Shown here: piece after piece, positions 36,433-50,559 of the stretch
Layout: every line of letters starts with the position of its first letter
How positions within the stretch are numbered: position 1 is the stretch's first letter
NCBI RefSeq assembly: GCF_964355755.1
Contig: NC_092675.1
Coordinates: 10,411,812-10,475,811 of the forward strand
From: Antedon mediterranea
Taxonomy: Eukaryota; Animalia; Echinodermata
Length of the DNA: 64,000 bases
Direction: 5' to 3'
Notes under the pieces: generated by a model
Told to the model about the DNA's origin: nothing
The model's database searches: none
The model's input: only the letters and a program-made list of their open reading frames with translations
Translations under genes and position numbers: made by a program

Positions 36433-39400
36433 GTACAATATTTTAAAAATAATATAGTATGTTTGCCTAATTCCAAGTATGATTTTAATGTTTTGGTTCT
36501 GAATTTGAGAACTTGCACTTGTTAGGCATATTCTATCAATTTAGTAAATGTTATTTGGTTCCACTGGATAGGTTAAGTAAGGGTACCTGTATGTAGTTGT
36601 TTCATCTCTCAATTCCTATTAGACAATGTCAAAAAATAGCAATAATATTGTTTATAAGAGTCGTATTTTTGTGGATACATATTGTTCTGTAAGACATTTG
36701 ACCGGTAACTCTATACCATACTGTTTTTAACTTTTTTTTAGTTTTTTTCCAAGTTTGCGTCATCTCACAATTCTATTACTAGTCCTACATTCAACGTAAG
36801 TATGCGATCCATCTTGTATGTACTTTCAGTAAGGTTATGTAGACCAAAAAAACGTTGAGGTTAATGACTGATTGAGAATGAATATATACAAGACCATGTT
36901 TGTATTTTGTAGAACATAGTTGATCGTCGAATATTTAGAGAAAACCCAAGTTGGAAATTAGTTGACTCACATGAGTTCTGTGGTACACGGATAACCGTAA
37001 GCGAGCAGATGTTCTTGGGACCTGTTCAAGGCGCTTGATCCCTTGATCGCTTGATGTGAATTCCGTATTTCGCCATCATGGGCCTATCTCCAATTGTGGT
37101 AGCTAGGCTTAACAGCATATAGGTAAACACAGGAAATTAAACAAAACATAATAATTTGCTATAATTCAGCAGTTGTTTTTGTAATGTGCATAGTGAGATT
37201 ACTGTATACAACATTCTATTTTTAATGAAACACACAAAGTTTCTGAAACGTGTTCAGGGAAATTAGAAAGATCCCTTCCCGCTTCAAATGTGTTCATTCA
37301 ATGCGATGAAGGTTATATGCATCATTACACGGCTCTAGACATGAGATTTGATGAAATATTTGCACGTTTGAAGATAAACAAGAAATATTTCATACAAAAA
37401 ACGCCGACTTTTTGACGTAAAAGTTTTAAATAATGTCTATTATCTATTTATTAATTTAAGAAACAGTGATTTTTAATCAATTACTTAAAAAATAAATAAT
37501 AAATCAAATCAGTAGTAGCCATTTTGTGTAACGATAAATAATATTGTCTGAAATGCCGTATTTAATTATAAAATAGGACCTATCAAGTATAAATACATAA
37601 AATTGGATTGGATTCTGGTTTCCTTCTGTAGTTGATTTATATCAACCATTTGATTTTTATTTCAGAGTCAAAGTCCGTAGCCTATGTCAAATAATCCTAA
37701 AACTAAACTATATAGGCCTTGTACTGTATTTTTCATATTCGGTAGTAGTGAAGTGACCCACATCCCAACATTCCAGTAAACAAAATGTCTAAACTCACTA
37801 TTCAAACAATTCTTATACTATAGGCCTACACAGCATTCGCCAACAATATTTACCATAGAGGGAGGATGGTTTGACCCCATTATTTAATGATAAATTGTGT
37901 TGACAGCCAAACGAAAACATTGATTATTCAACAGGTCTTACTATGACTATTGTCTGCATACATCTTATAGACTCTCTTCGGCCAGACGTGCTTTGGAGTT
38001 TACGCATGCCCATGCGCAATTTTTCAGACTTCGTAAACTAGTATAAGCTTTCACGTGATACAGTTTCCTAATGTATCCGTCCTCTTGAATATAACTGTGC
38101 GGCGCGAAACACATTTTTATTTCAACTAAAAATGTCTATACATTTTGTTGAGTTATTTATGCCTAGTCCTCGTATGTGTGTATTTGGCAATGCCTTAAAT
38201 TTAAATAGACATAATTGTTTTCATCATGCATGGAATGGTCCCAAGATGATGTTTCAAGAGAGTGTCGCCACTCAATTTTCATGACAGCGCCCCCTCTTTA
38301 AATTGCGTTTGAAGTAATACTGAAAATTAGAAGTTAATGGATTTTGTACTGAAAATGCTTTTTATATGACAGTGAAGTGACCTTTAAAAAATGACGGGGA
38401 TTTTTATAGGCCTACTGAATTTTCATTTAAAATAATTTTGTAATGAAAATACGGTTAATGCGACAGTGAAATGATGTTTTACATAAATTTTGTACTGAAA
38501 AAATCATTATCATCGTCGTCGTTGTCGTCGTCATCAACAGCAAGAACAACATTTGCTTACCATCGAATATGTGTTCCTAATGTATCATAATTTCCTTGTT
38601 GTTGGCAGTCAAATATAAGTACTGATCAATTAGAAGAGATTAACATTTTGTTTGTAAATTAAGGTTGTTATACCGGGAGTGACTAAGGGCGTTCATGATT
38701 ATTACGCATCATGTCACTTAATCCACTGTTACCATAGAAACCATTGTATCTGTAGAGTCCACAACCGTTATCTTTTAAATAATTGAATTAACAATTAACA
38801 ATAATGCAGCTGTTTTAATTTGTAAGTTTAAAAAAAATGAAAGAAATATGGAAAGATGATTCTGGTGAGAATGGTGTTCATTGAATATGAATGAGTATGA
38901 ACCGAGTAATTGTGTTGTGGAATAAAACCACACATAGACAATTTATTTAGCGTTTGCTTAGGGCGCTAGTTCGTAGTACAGTTTGCGCGTGATTATTTTT
39001 CTGTAAAAGATTTTAAAAAAATACTATAGTCTATCAATCGTTTAAGTTTATTTATTATACCTATATAGGGTTAATTACAATCATTAGATTGTTCATACCA
39101 GATAATTCACGATTTTAGAAATGGTAAAAGCATAATTATTCCTCCCATGTTGTGGAGATAGTCATCATCATTCATGTTTATTCAAAATGTTTCCCTTATG
39201 CTTTACTGTAGGCCTACGCTTCAAAGCGAACTGCTAATATATAGATATATCATTCCCACCATTATCCTGTACTTAATAATAATTAAAAGTATCGTTGACA
39301 CAATTATTGAAAGATAATCATTTTGAATTTTACGATAATATATTCAGATTAATTAATTAATTAATTAAACATGTTTTTTTTTATAAATATTGATAAAATA

Positions 39401-39959
39401 AAAATATAAAATCATATATATATATAAATGTGTTTATTATATAAAAGTATCTCTTCGGAGATCCCGCCTCGTGAATAAAAATACTGAAAGATGAGGTCGT
39501 ATCAATTTGATCTCTGGTGCGCCTGCGTACAACTGAGGACTAGTGCTGTTCCGCCGTACCACCACGCCGAGAATGTTAAAGAGTCGCTATCCAATCGAGT
39601 TTGAACAATACCATGAAAGCCCCAATGGTCTAATGGTTAGAACTTTTTCTCATTCTCACAGATTTCCTCATCTTTATCGTTTCAAATTAATTAATTAAAT
39701 TTCAGTATATCACCGGGGGGTTTCGAATTAATGTTCATTGCCTAATATATATATAAATATTAAATAATGATCAATGTAATATTTCTGTTTTGTTTTCTTT
39801 GTATTAGCAGCAATATGAGAAAGGTTGACCCGAAACCACCTGGATAAAATAGAAAATTATACGAAAAGAAAATAATCAGCCTATGCACACTCTGGCCAAT
39901 AATCGCTCTGGTTGGAAAACTTTTTATTAAAAAGGTATCCAGAAATGCACCAATGATTG

Positions 39960-40330
39960 CTTATGAGTTCACACTCTAATAACATCAAGACTGGATTGTT
40001 GCTGATGCAATCCTCTATGGTATTCCTGTCAATTGATTGGAGAAGCTCCAATTATGTTGAACACGGCAGCTCGTCTAGTTTCAAGTATCTCGAGACAAGA
40101 AAACGAATGTTTGCACTGGTTTTTGACAGACGCATCATTTTTTAGATTATGCTTTTAGGCGCTGAAAAAAAGGCTTAACCATTATATAAGTTGCGTTCAC
40201 TAAGGAATAAAACTTTGCTATCAATTCCAACATCACTGCTCAAGACACATGTTGATAGAACCTTCTGTATTTTGCGGCCCCAAGTTAAAGTCAGTACCAT
40301 CTAGCATTTAAGAAACAACCTCCATTTCAA
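39960..40330 (+). mobile_element. Degenerate L2-like LINE fragment
   Basis: LITSRLDCC ... LHWF..RIIF motifs. Confidence 0.55.
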
Positions 40331-40522
40331 CAGAAAATGAAAATGCTATCTAGCTCCGCCTTTTTTGTTAGTTTTGTATATAATGTTAGACAGGATAGTT
40401 AGATGCTCACAACGTTATGACACTTAAATTTAGATTAAAGAGATAATTGGAGAAAATGACAATGCTGATGATGATAATGATGCTGCTAAGGATGATAATG
40501 ATGATGAAATATCAATATTATT

Positions 40523-40885
40523 GTGAGTGACGGTGAGTGGCCGAGCGGTTAAGACAGTGGAACCGTAATTACGTGCCATATAACATCGGCAAGGGTTCGT
40601 GGCTCACTCGCTCCATGGTTCTGGTGGTAGAACGAGTCTTCTCGGATAAGGAATATAAACCGTAGGTCCAGTGTACACATAGCTCATGCGCACTTTAAAG
40701 AACCTAGTACATCTTTCGAGACGAGTAGGGGGTTACCCCGGTGTACTAGTCCACACAAACACAGCCACTGTCACGCACAGCCACTGTGCAAATTGGGACT
40801 GGACCGTTTTAGAGGTGTTTACCACCTGTTGGTCCAGATCCTTCACTAACTGTGTTAGTGAGAAGTCGAATAAATAAATAAATTA
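40523..40885 (+). mobile_element. tRNA-derived SINE, same head and core as 23334 but a different 3' tail
   Basis: Near-identical to 23334-23570, then an unrelated tail ending (AATA)n. Confidence 0.85.
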
Positions 40886-41934
40886 TTATTTTTAGTAATG
40901 ATAACGATGAATTAAGGTAGATAAAGATTAAGTGTGTTTTCGCATTATTAACATAGGCCTAATCAAAGCAATACTCTAACATATCTATTTTGCGTCCTTT
41001 CCCGCAGGAACCCGACCTTCTGTTTCGAATCAGACTAAGGCCGTGCCAAGCCGATAATCAAATCTCACCAAATTATTGTTTAAATACGTGTTAGTTTTAT
41101 GACTATTGATTTTATCAGATAGTGTATTCATAACTATCATATAGACATAATGCAGCGTGATGTGATCATTATTTAATACTAGCGTGGTGTCAATCGCATT
41201 ATGCGTGGAACGTAAAAGGTGTCATTGCCAGTGTGCTCTACAACAATGCATTTTGGTTTGTCAGATCGTACAGTTGTCACTCTAGGCGAATTTATATTAT
41301 TCAACATTCGGTTGATTATTACCGCGTATCTTGTTCAACGAAAGTCATTTATCTGTCTTGAATTTTAGTATAACCCAAAATGTTGCCTTATACGGTATTT
41401 TTGCCATCGCAGTCTAGGTTTTAAACCATTTACACTCATTCTGTCAGATATAGAGTTATTTTTATCATTACTAAAATTGTGCGGCTCCAAATTTTAAAAA
41501 GGAAAAAAATTTAACTAACATTTAAAAACGCTGCCTTAAGTTGAAGATTGTAATGATTGTCAGTAAGCGTACTGTTTTTGTTTCATTTTCAAATCAGTTG
41601 GATATATCTGTGTAATATTTTTGTTTATCTTTCTATCTAACTGACCAATAACATTATTTGTATGGCCTACATAGAATCTTTTCTATTTTCAGTACTGTAT
41701 AACAGGTCGTGTAAGTGTGTCATAGATATTCTACTTAAAATATTAACTACAGTATCTAAGCCTAGTTATGGTTCAGAATTACAATAATGCACTTTCGCGT
41801 TAATCAATGTTTGATTCGATCCGAGATATTAATTTATTCAGTCTTATGATATATTACTTTCCTTATTTCGCTAATTAGAACCTACGCTGGATTTCTACAC
41901 TGCAATTTAGTTTAGTCAGTAAGTAATAATATTT

Positions 41935-43165
41935 ATGATGATGATGATGATGATGATGGTGGTGATAGTGGTTATGGTGATGATGATGAGGATGATGGTG
42001 GTGGTGGTGATAGTGGTGATGATGATGAGGATGATGGTGGTAGTGATGGTGATGATGATGAGGAGGAGGATGGTGGTGGTGGTGATGGTGATGATGATGA
42101 GGATAATGGGGGTGGTGATGGTGGTTATGGTGATGATGATGATGGTAATAATGATGATGGTGGTGATAACGATACTCATGATGACAACGATGATGATGAT
42201 GGTGATAACGATGATGATAGTGGTGATAACGATGATGAGGATGATGGTGGTAATGATGATGATAACAATGGTAACGATGGTGATGATGATAACGATGATG
42301 GTGGTGGTGATAACGATGATGATGATAACGATGATGAAAATAGTGATGACGATGATGATGGTGGTGACGATGATTGAGGATGATGGTGGTGATGATGATA
42401 GTTATGATGATGATGATGGTGGTGATGACAATAATGATGGTGATGACGATGACGATGATGAGAATGATGGTGGTGTTGATGACGATGATGAGGATGATGC
42501 TAACGATGATGGTGGTGGTGATGATGATATTGATGACGATGATGGTGGTGATGATGATGATTACGACGATGATGAGGATGATGTTGGTGATGATAATGAT
42601 GATGCTAATGATGATGATAATAATGGTGATGTTGGTGATGACGACGATGATGATGGTGGCGATGATAGTGATGAATATGATGGTGGCGATGATAGTGATG
42701 ACGATGATGGTGGTGATGATGATGATAACGATGATAATGATGAGGATAGTGATGAAGCTGATGGTGGTGATGATGAGGATGATGAGGCTTATGGTGGTGA
42801 TGATGATGATTATAACGATGATGATGATGAATGATGGTGGTGGTGATGTTGGTGATGATGATGATAACGATGATAATGGTGATGACGATGATGATGATAA
42901 CGATGATAATGGTGATGACGATGATGATGATAACAATGATGATGGTGATGATGATGAGGATGATGGTGGTGATAAGGGTGATGATGATAATGATGATAAC
43001 AATGATGATGGTGATGATGATAATGATGAGGATGCTGCTGGTGGTGGTGGTGATGATGATGATGAGGAGGATAATAGTGGTAATGATGATGAGGATGATG
43101 GTGGTGATAACAATGATTATGAAGATGATGATGGTCATTAGGATGATGGTGGTGATGTTGGTGAT
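41935..43165. repeat. Degenerate (GAT/GGT)n trinucleotide microsatellite
   Basis: 1.2 kb of GAT/GGT/GAC/AAT triplets with occasional phase slips. Confidence 0.95.
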
Positions 43166-43419
43166 TATTGTACATGATTGATGTACAAAAACGCGACAAA
43201 GTATTACAGAACGAGGGTATTTTATATACAACAAATCTACAACAATACATTTTATTTCTATTTGAAAATGTGATTTGATTGTAAACTAACGCCAAACAAT
43301 TAATTTAGCTAGGATGCCCGATATAACACAGTTTATGATGCAACTTTCATCTGACTTTCTAAATGTAGTATCGAGTGCTGCCATCACTCATCCGTCTGTC
43401 CACGACTACAGGGACTGAG

Positions 43420-43580
43420 ATGGACCATACACTCGGGTAACCCAACCCCCACTCTTCGAAAGATGGTGTACACACTAGACCTCCAGTTTTAAAGCCTTAT
43501 CCGACCACGAGAACAACTGGTTGAGGAGTGCCTTGATCATGTGCCGTCCACTTGACTTGGCAATTAACCACTCGACTCGA
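43420..43580 (-). mobile_element. Degenerate SINE copy
   Basis: Reverse complement contains GGATAAGGCTTTAAAAC..TCTTTCGAAGAGTGGGGG. Confidence 0.5.
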
Positions 43581-44781
43581 CGAAAAGAAATGCTTATAAT
43601 AGACGAGATAATAAATTGAAATTGTCAGGCATTGTGTTCAAAATGGTTGGGAAGTATTCATACGATCAACCATGAAGTATTCTCCATGGATCAACACAAT
43701 ACAATCCTAATGAAAACACAGGTAAATGACTTTCGCTTAAATACAAAGATTGCAAGAAAGAAATATTGTATTCACTAAATAAAATACCCTATCACTGTTT
43801 ATTTAGATTTTTATACAATGACGTATCATAAGAGGTAATCGTTTACACTAAAAATAAAAATGTATTTCTATTTTTGATTTTATATTATAATGATAACAAC
43901 GGATGAATGCGTAAATGGAAAGTTTATTTTGATAAAATCTCTTGATATCTTAATGAAAATATTTCACTCAATATTGTGTCCTAATAATTAGACCTAAGCC
44001 CATTCATTTTAAAATGTTTTTTTGATAATAAGTAACAAAGTAAGTTTGTTCAAGTCGAGCCAGTCATGCATTTAAAATAACTTAATGTTTATTTTTTTTA
44101 AATAGTAGTTTAGCAAAAAGATATTAAAAAAATTATGGGATTGTTTTCAGAATGCAAAAATCATAAAATTACGTTTGTTTAATGTTGATAGTTCAGGGTG
44201 ATGATAGGTAATTTCTTTTAAAGCAGAGGTTAAACCTTTTGATTGCACTACTGTATGCTTTTAGTAAATTACAAGATGCACCATGCAATTGAATACTGCA
44301 GTCTGTGTTGCTGTCCTTGATTGTTCAAAATAATGTTTACTGAGTTCAATTGAGTTATATAACTGTTCATTTGATAGTGTTTTGGTTGAAGATTTTCTGT
44401 CTGCTAGTGATAAGAATGCCGGTGTTGATGTTGGTGCTGACGTTTGCTGTAGTGTGTTCTTGTAAGTTGTATCCACTGTCGATAAGAGCTTTACAGAGAC
44501 GGCTTATTAATTCTTGTCGGATGACTAAGACGAGAGTTGTTTATTTTTTACGGCTGGTATATTCATTCATATCTTTATTGCACTTTTCTTTGATTTTATG
44601 ACATGTCGTACACAGTTTGTTAGACTTGCTTCTCAGACCCTTTCCGACCTTATTTTCTAAAATACGGGAGGACCTCAAAGGACAGTTTGGACTTCTTTTA
44701 TTTACTTTATCTATACATTTGATTACGGTATCGACCTCCAGTTTATGTCCTCTAGGCCTATATATATATATATATATATAT

Positions 44782-44889
44782 ATTATTCCATTGACTACCA
44801 AAATGTTAGTTTCAATATTAACCACCATTTAAGCTGTTTTTTAGTCAGGTTAATATTGAAATTTAAATTTTGGTAGTCAATGGAATAAT
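44782..44889. repeat. 108-bp hairpin (42-bp arms) at the PLE 3' junction
   Basis: ATTATTCCATTGACTACCAAAA..TTTCAATATTAACC / GGTTAATATTGAAA..TTTTGGTAGTCAATGGAATAAT. Confidence 0.85.
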
Positions 44890-44890
44890 T

Positions 44891-47604
44891 TTACCGATCT
44901 GGGAGTATGTTCCTAATGTTAAGTCCAAAAGGTTTTGTGGTTTTAAGTTGTAATTCCCAGTGGTTTTCCTTGTCTTTGCGAGTTTTGTCGCTCCATTTGA
45001 CATCGTGGTACCTGGTCTATTGCAATAACTCCAGCTGAATTAAAATGTTCGGCTACAGGTTGATCAAGCTTTAATGTTTTGATAGCTGATCTGTGTTGTG
45101 TCATTCTCATACGGAGAGTGTTTTTTGTTTCTCCGACGTACTGTTTGCCACAAATATTACAGTATATGAGATAAATGACGTTTTTGGTTAGACAATTAAT
45201 TGATTGTCTTATCCGAAAAATGCGGCCAGTTTGGTTACTCTTAAATTTTTCAGTAGAATCAACCAATGAACAAGTTTTGCAAGATTTGCCGCAAAGGTGA
45301 CTGCCCAAATTTTGGCTGTCATGAGAGTGAATTTCACTCTTAAATTTAGATCTGACTAATATATCACGAAGGTTGGGAGGTCTACGAAATGCAATAATGG
45401 GTGGTTCCGGAAAAACAGTCCTGAGACGTTCTGTGGACTGTAGAATGGGCATATGTTTCTCAATAATAGCCCGTAATGGAGACAACCTAGGGTGATAGGT
45501 TGTGACCAATGGCACTCTAGTCGAATTTTTTGGCTGACGTGGTTTGTACGTCAGTGTTTCACATCGAGGAATATCTTTTGCTTTTTTTATAGCAGTTTCG
45601 ATGTATTCCTTCTTGTAATTTCTATTCCGGAGATGTCCGGTTAATTCTTCGGTACGATTCTGAAAATCTAAATCTGAAGAACAGATGCGTCTGATACGTA
45701 ATGACTACGGTATGTTTTTAGTACAGCGTCGGGGATGACAACTGCTAGGGAGCAGGTACATATTTTTATCCGTGGGTTTACGGAATAGGTCAGTTTTGAG
45801 TGTACCATTTTCTATGGTCACTATAGTGTCCAAAAAATCAACGCGACTAGTGGATTTGGTAGCTGTAAATTTGATAGTTGGGTAGGCTGAATTGATATTG
45901 AGAAGAAAAGATTCCAAATTATCTTCACCATGGGTCCAGATCATGAAGATGTCGTCAATGTATCTAAACAAAACAAGTGGTTTATTAGGTTGGAGAGACA
46001 GAAAATTGGCCTCAAATTGTCCCATAAATAAATTTGCAAAAGATGGCGCCATTTTTGTGCTCATCGCTGTGCCATGAATTTGAAGGTAATGGTCATTTCC
46101 AAAAATAAAATTGTTGTTGGTTAAAATCAACATGACCAGTTCTCGTAAATGAGCTTTAGTAGGCGTTTTGCCTGGAATTTGTTTGTAATTTAAAATACAT
46201 GCGTCGGCTCCTTCTTCGTGAGGGATATTAGTATACAATGATGAAACATCTAATGTAGCCAGAACAGAATTGTTTGGTAAATTTTGAATTTGGTTAATTT
46301 TGCGGATAAAGTCCGTGGAGTCCTGAATGTATGAAGGGAGATCAGTCACATATGGTCTATTAGTAAATCATCCACATATTCAGAAATTTTCTCTGTAGCA
46401 GTGCCATTGCCCGAAATAATGGGTCTACCAGGATGGCCTGCTTTGTGGATTTTAGGTAGGAAATAAAATCTGCCTGGAAGTCGATTGACCTGTGTCAAAT
46501 GAGGTCCAATTTTAGGATCGATGGAGTGTTTTTTACCATCACAGAAACAGATTTGGCCACCTTATCCGCAATTTCCGGGGTGGGATCCGTTGTAAGTTTA
46601 CGATAATGAAGAGGATTGTTTAGCTGTCTTAAGGACTCCTCTTTATAAAATTTGATGTCCATAGCAACAGTGGCAGAACCTTTATCAGCGGGTTTATTGA
46701 TGATATCATTACGCTGACGCCATTTGGCAATGGCCTGCCTCTCTTGTTTTGAGAGATTGTCACGTTTATCTGGACTCGGGACGTAGTTTCGTACATCCTC
46801 CTCAATAGCCTGAATAAATATTTCTAAAGCTGGACAACGATTTTTGGAAGTGGATTCCAGGAACTTTTTGGTTTAAATTTGTTAGCGTTGCCTTCGTTTT
46901 GCGTGGTGCTGCTGTCTGAATCAGCAAAATGTTCGCGTAATCGTAATCTTCTGGAGAAAGACTCCATATCCAAAGATAGTTGTTGTGCGCTGACCTGCCT
47001 TGGTTTTGGGCAGAATTTAAGTCCTCGGGAAAGAAGTTTTTTCTCTCCTTCGGAAAGTCGACAATTAATTTCAACAACTGAATCAGAGGTGTTGCTCCGA
47101 TTCTTGTTATAAGTCCGAACGAACCTTCTGCAGGGTTTCCTAAAAGCCCTGAAATCATCCGAAGGTAGAGTCACTTGTGTTGAAATGACCAAGTCTGCAG
47201 GTAGACCAAATTTGTGATGTCCCCTTCGGGCCATTACCGTTGATTGCTTATGGCAATCATTGGCGATAATCCTGAGTTTGTTTTGAAACTCGGATGCAGG
47301 AAGTTCTCTTTTTAACTTCTTAGTTCTAGAGTGAATTTCAACGTCGAACTCGGTGAGGATTTTGCGGCAATTGCCAATTTGGATCTCATTGAGTTCACAA
47401 GCATTTTTGTAAAGGACAGCGTTCCAACGAGAACGCATACCATCATCTGCAAATCGAATACCAGATGTGACATAAAATTGAAATCCTTTAGGGGCCGAAT
47501 GTTTAGAACGATGTAAAAGAAAAGTATGTAAATGGTGACGATACCTGACACGTTTCTCGGACAGGCGACGTAATTATATATAATATAAATCCAAAGGCAA
47601 ATTA
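44891..47604 (-). pseudogene. PLE RT + C-terminal GIY-YIG endonuclease ORF, disrupted
   Basis: ORF pieces 47438-46824, 46349-45705 and 45515-44943 plus intervening frames; frameshifts near 47520, 46850, 46530, 46360 and 45005; stops near 47575 and at 45705. Confidence 0.9.
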
Positions 47605-47639
47605 CTGAAAAAATGACAATGCTGTGGGTATCATCTGCA

Positions 47640-47744
<105 letters not shown>

Positions 47745-47831
47745 AATAAAATAACAGCAGAAAACTTGGTTACTTCATTGTTTTAATCACTACAAATTTG
47801 TTTCGTACGACCAGCATGTAGCATGTATATT

Positions 47832-47887
47832 TCACCTGAAGAGTGCGGCCAGCTACATGCTGGTCGTACGAAACAAATTTGTAGTGA
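47832..47887 (+). ncRNA. Minimal type I hammerhead ribozyme in the inverted pLTR
   Basis: Stem I TCAC/GTGA, core CTGAAGA, stem II GTGCGGCCAGC/GCTGGTCGTAC, GAAA, palindromic stem III CAAATTTG, GUA cleavage triplet ending at 47883. Confidence 0.88.
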
Positions 47888-48029
47888 TTAAAACAATGAA
47901 GTAACCAAGTTTTCTGCTGTTATTTTATTTATTTTATTTATGCTCTACCTTGGTATTGAGCACTCTATCCAAACGGTCTGAAAATTTCAACCTGAATATA
48001 TATATATATAAATATGCAGATGATTCTGA

Positions 48030-50275
48030 ACAGATAGACCTTCTGAATTCACTGAATGGAAATACAAGGCTGAGATTGCGAGATTTATTTAATATTGTAT
48101 TTTCTAGAAATAAATGTAAATAAAACCAAGGAAATGATAATTGATTTCCGGAAAAAGAAAGAGCATCATGAACCAATATATATACTAGACGATCATGTCG
48201 AAGTGGTTTGTACATTTAAATATTTAGGCTCATCATATTTAACAATACATCTGATCATATTGACACCCTGATAAAAAAGATAAATAGCAGGCTATATTGT
48301 CTTAGGAAAATGAACAATTTCAATGTGGACAAAAAGATTCAAATTATTTTGTATAATGCTGTATTCTGTGCCTGGTCGTTTTGTATAACAGCGTGGGGCG
48401 GTGATGTCGGGAAGGGAGATAAAAGTAGAATTGAAATAATGGGAAGGAAGGTAGAGAGGATGGTCGGTCATGGCCGGAGGTCGGTTGATGATGTCTATCA
48501 CGACTGCGCCTTGCGTAAATTTGTGTCTGTCACGAAGGATGAAAGTCATCCTCTTTTCGAGTGACAAGTGGTAGATATCGTCTGCCGGCCCAGTGGTGGC
48601 GCCAGCGGGGGGGCCGGGGGGCCAGGGCCCCCCCGTCGGGGAAAGCTGGCCCCCCCCCCCCCCCGTCGGGGAGTATTGGCCATATTTGTCGGGGAGAAAA
48701 ATATGATCATTTCTTTTCTGGTAAAAAATAAAACCATATTAAGTGTACTACTATATATTTTAAGTAACTGCGGCATTCCATTTTTGACGTACGTACGATA
48801 TACTGACAGCGAAGTAAACAGTATGATGTGGTACGCATTTGTCTGGCGGTGTCTCTTTGTACGAATCTTTCATGGCTCACTGCGGTATACGCGTCGACAT
48901 ATCTGGGCTGTATCATATTACATCCAGGGACCAAAATGTGTATTTTTCAGATTCCAGGCGAAAATTGAAAATTCATTTGCAACTACGCATCGACGTACGT
49001 TCATACAGGGATAAAGGTACGAGTTATGTTTTCACGGTTGAGTTTACGAATTGTTTCAATTTACCAATAACCCTTGGTATACCGCGTATATGTTCGCTGT
49101 CGATTAAAGGGGTTTGGGTGGGGGTTCGATTGGGAAAAGGAAGCGGTTGGCCCGAACCATAAAACAGGGTCTGGTCACGTTTCTTTTCGCGCATAAATCT
49201 CGATCTAGGGTAGGTGGGTGAATAGGGTGGCTAGCCACCTCCCTTAATTCTAAAGGGAAAAAAAAGATGCACCAAACCCGTGACCGTCGCTAGACGCGGA
49301 TTCGACGCACTTGACTCTTTTAATTAAGAAGAGTAGGCTAGAGCTATAGTTGTGTAAATAGGCCTACATAGTGAAAGAACTATTTATGAATTCAAGAGTT
49401 TAAAAAGAAAACGCAATTTAAAATCTTCGGAAAATACCCACAACTGAGTTATTTTCAAAACACATGCACTCCCACTACCAGCATCACGTTGTCTTAGCTC
49501 GCTCCTCGTGTGAATGCTGACGTCATCACTCTCCAAAAATACACCATTTTCCGCCCTGGTCCGTGTGCAAGCGTTAGCGTGGACCTGTATATTTACACCC
49601 CTGTACAGAGTAGAGTGTAATATTGTGAACTTTTTTCTCGCGTATGAAGGTTTTTTATATAATGGTATGCAGTATAAACGATAAAAAAAACGATAAACAT
49701 GATGTTCTTTTATTATTATTTCATAGGCATAACATAAACATGAAATGTCTTGTTCTATGTACACGGCCGAAAAAACGGCATTTTATTGATTTGTGTTATA
49801 GACACGGCGATTACGGCAATCATCATTGTATACGGTACTAAATTACATTGAGTTATTCACCCGGCTAGAGGGTATATATCTGAGGTTAACAGACCACAAA
49901 AGCACAGTCGTACACTAAACACATGCACTATCGAGGCATTTTCGGATCAAAGTTTATTATTAGTTCGTCGAAAAAGATCCGTATTAGAGTATTTAGGAAA
50001 GATTTATTTAAATTTACATTATTATGTGACATTGTTATTATATGTAATGGAAACAGTTGCTCTAGCCTATTAAACAGTGTGTAAGCATCTATTTTTCAAA
50101 ATTTTCTCCCACCCACCCCCGCTTTCGCGCGTACGGCCCCCGTGGGGGAATTCGGCCCCCCCGTCGGGGAATTCGGCCCCCTCGTCGGGGAAATCCTGGC
50201 GCCACCACTGTGCCGGCCTCCTGCACTGAAGAATATCTTCTCTCCTTCCTTCTACAAGTCATTAAACTTTTTAAC
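48030..50275 (+). mobile_element. LINE (L2/Rex1-like) C-terminal fragment split by a hAT insertion
   Basis: FKYLG..HIDTLIKKINSRLYCLRKMNNFNV..LYNAV..ITAWGG..DESHPL; resumes after 50218. Confidence 0.7.
48591..50210. mobile_element. Non-autonomous hAT DNA transposon, 1620 bp
   Basis: Perfect 15-bp TIR CAGTGGTGGCGCCAG, perfect 8-bp TSD TGCCGGCC (48583-48590, 50211-50218), subterminal CCCCGTCGGGGA repeats at both ends. Confidence 0.93.
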
Positions 50276-50559
50276 AAAAATTACAAATGATGAAAATTAT
50301 AAGGGAAATATACTGTAAATAGTTCGGCATTTTATTGTTTTGACACTGGGGATCGTATGGTGTTTCCTATTTCTTAAATTGTACTTACGGGTTTCTTCTC
50401 TAAGGGGTGGTAACCATTCTTTAAATTCAGAATTAAGTAAAGAGGTACCAAACAAATACATATTTCGGTTTCTCGTTCCTTAAGGGGTTGTAATTTTAAG
50501 CTTTACATTGTAACCGTACACTTTTTAACCTTGCAAGACGCAAACCAAAATCAGCTAAT

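Noticed and set aside
41875-43295. Asp-, His- or Met-rich ORFs (possible biomineral protein)
   Set aside because: Degenerate (GAT)n microsatellite with frame slips; no signal peptide or convincing splice context.
44891-47604. Selenoprotein-type or N-terminal-endonuclease (Naiad) PLE
   Set aside because: The endonuclease is C-terminal, and the disruptions are frameshifts and TAG/TAA stops, not in-frame TGA at Cys positions.
48546-50277. Several overlapping ORFs in the hAT element
   Set aside because: Short, driven by GC-rich subterminal repeats; no transposase motifs.
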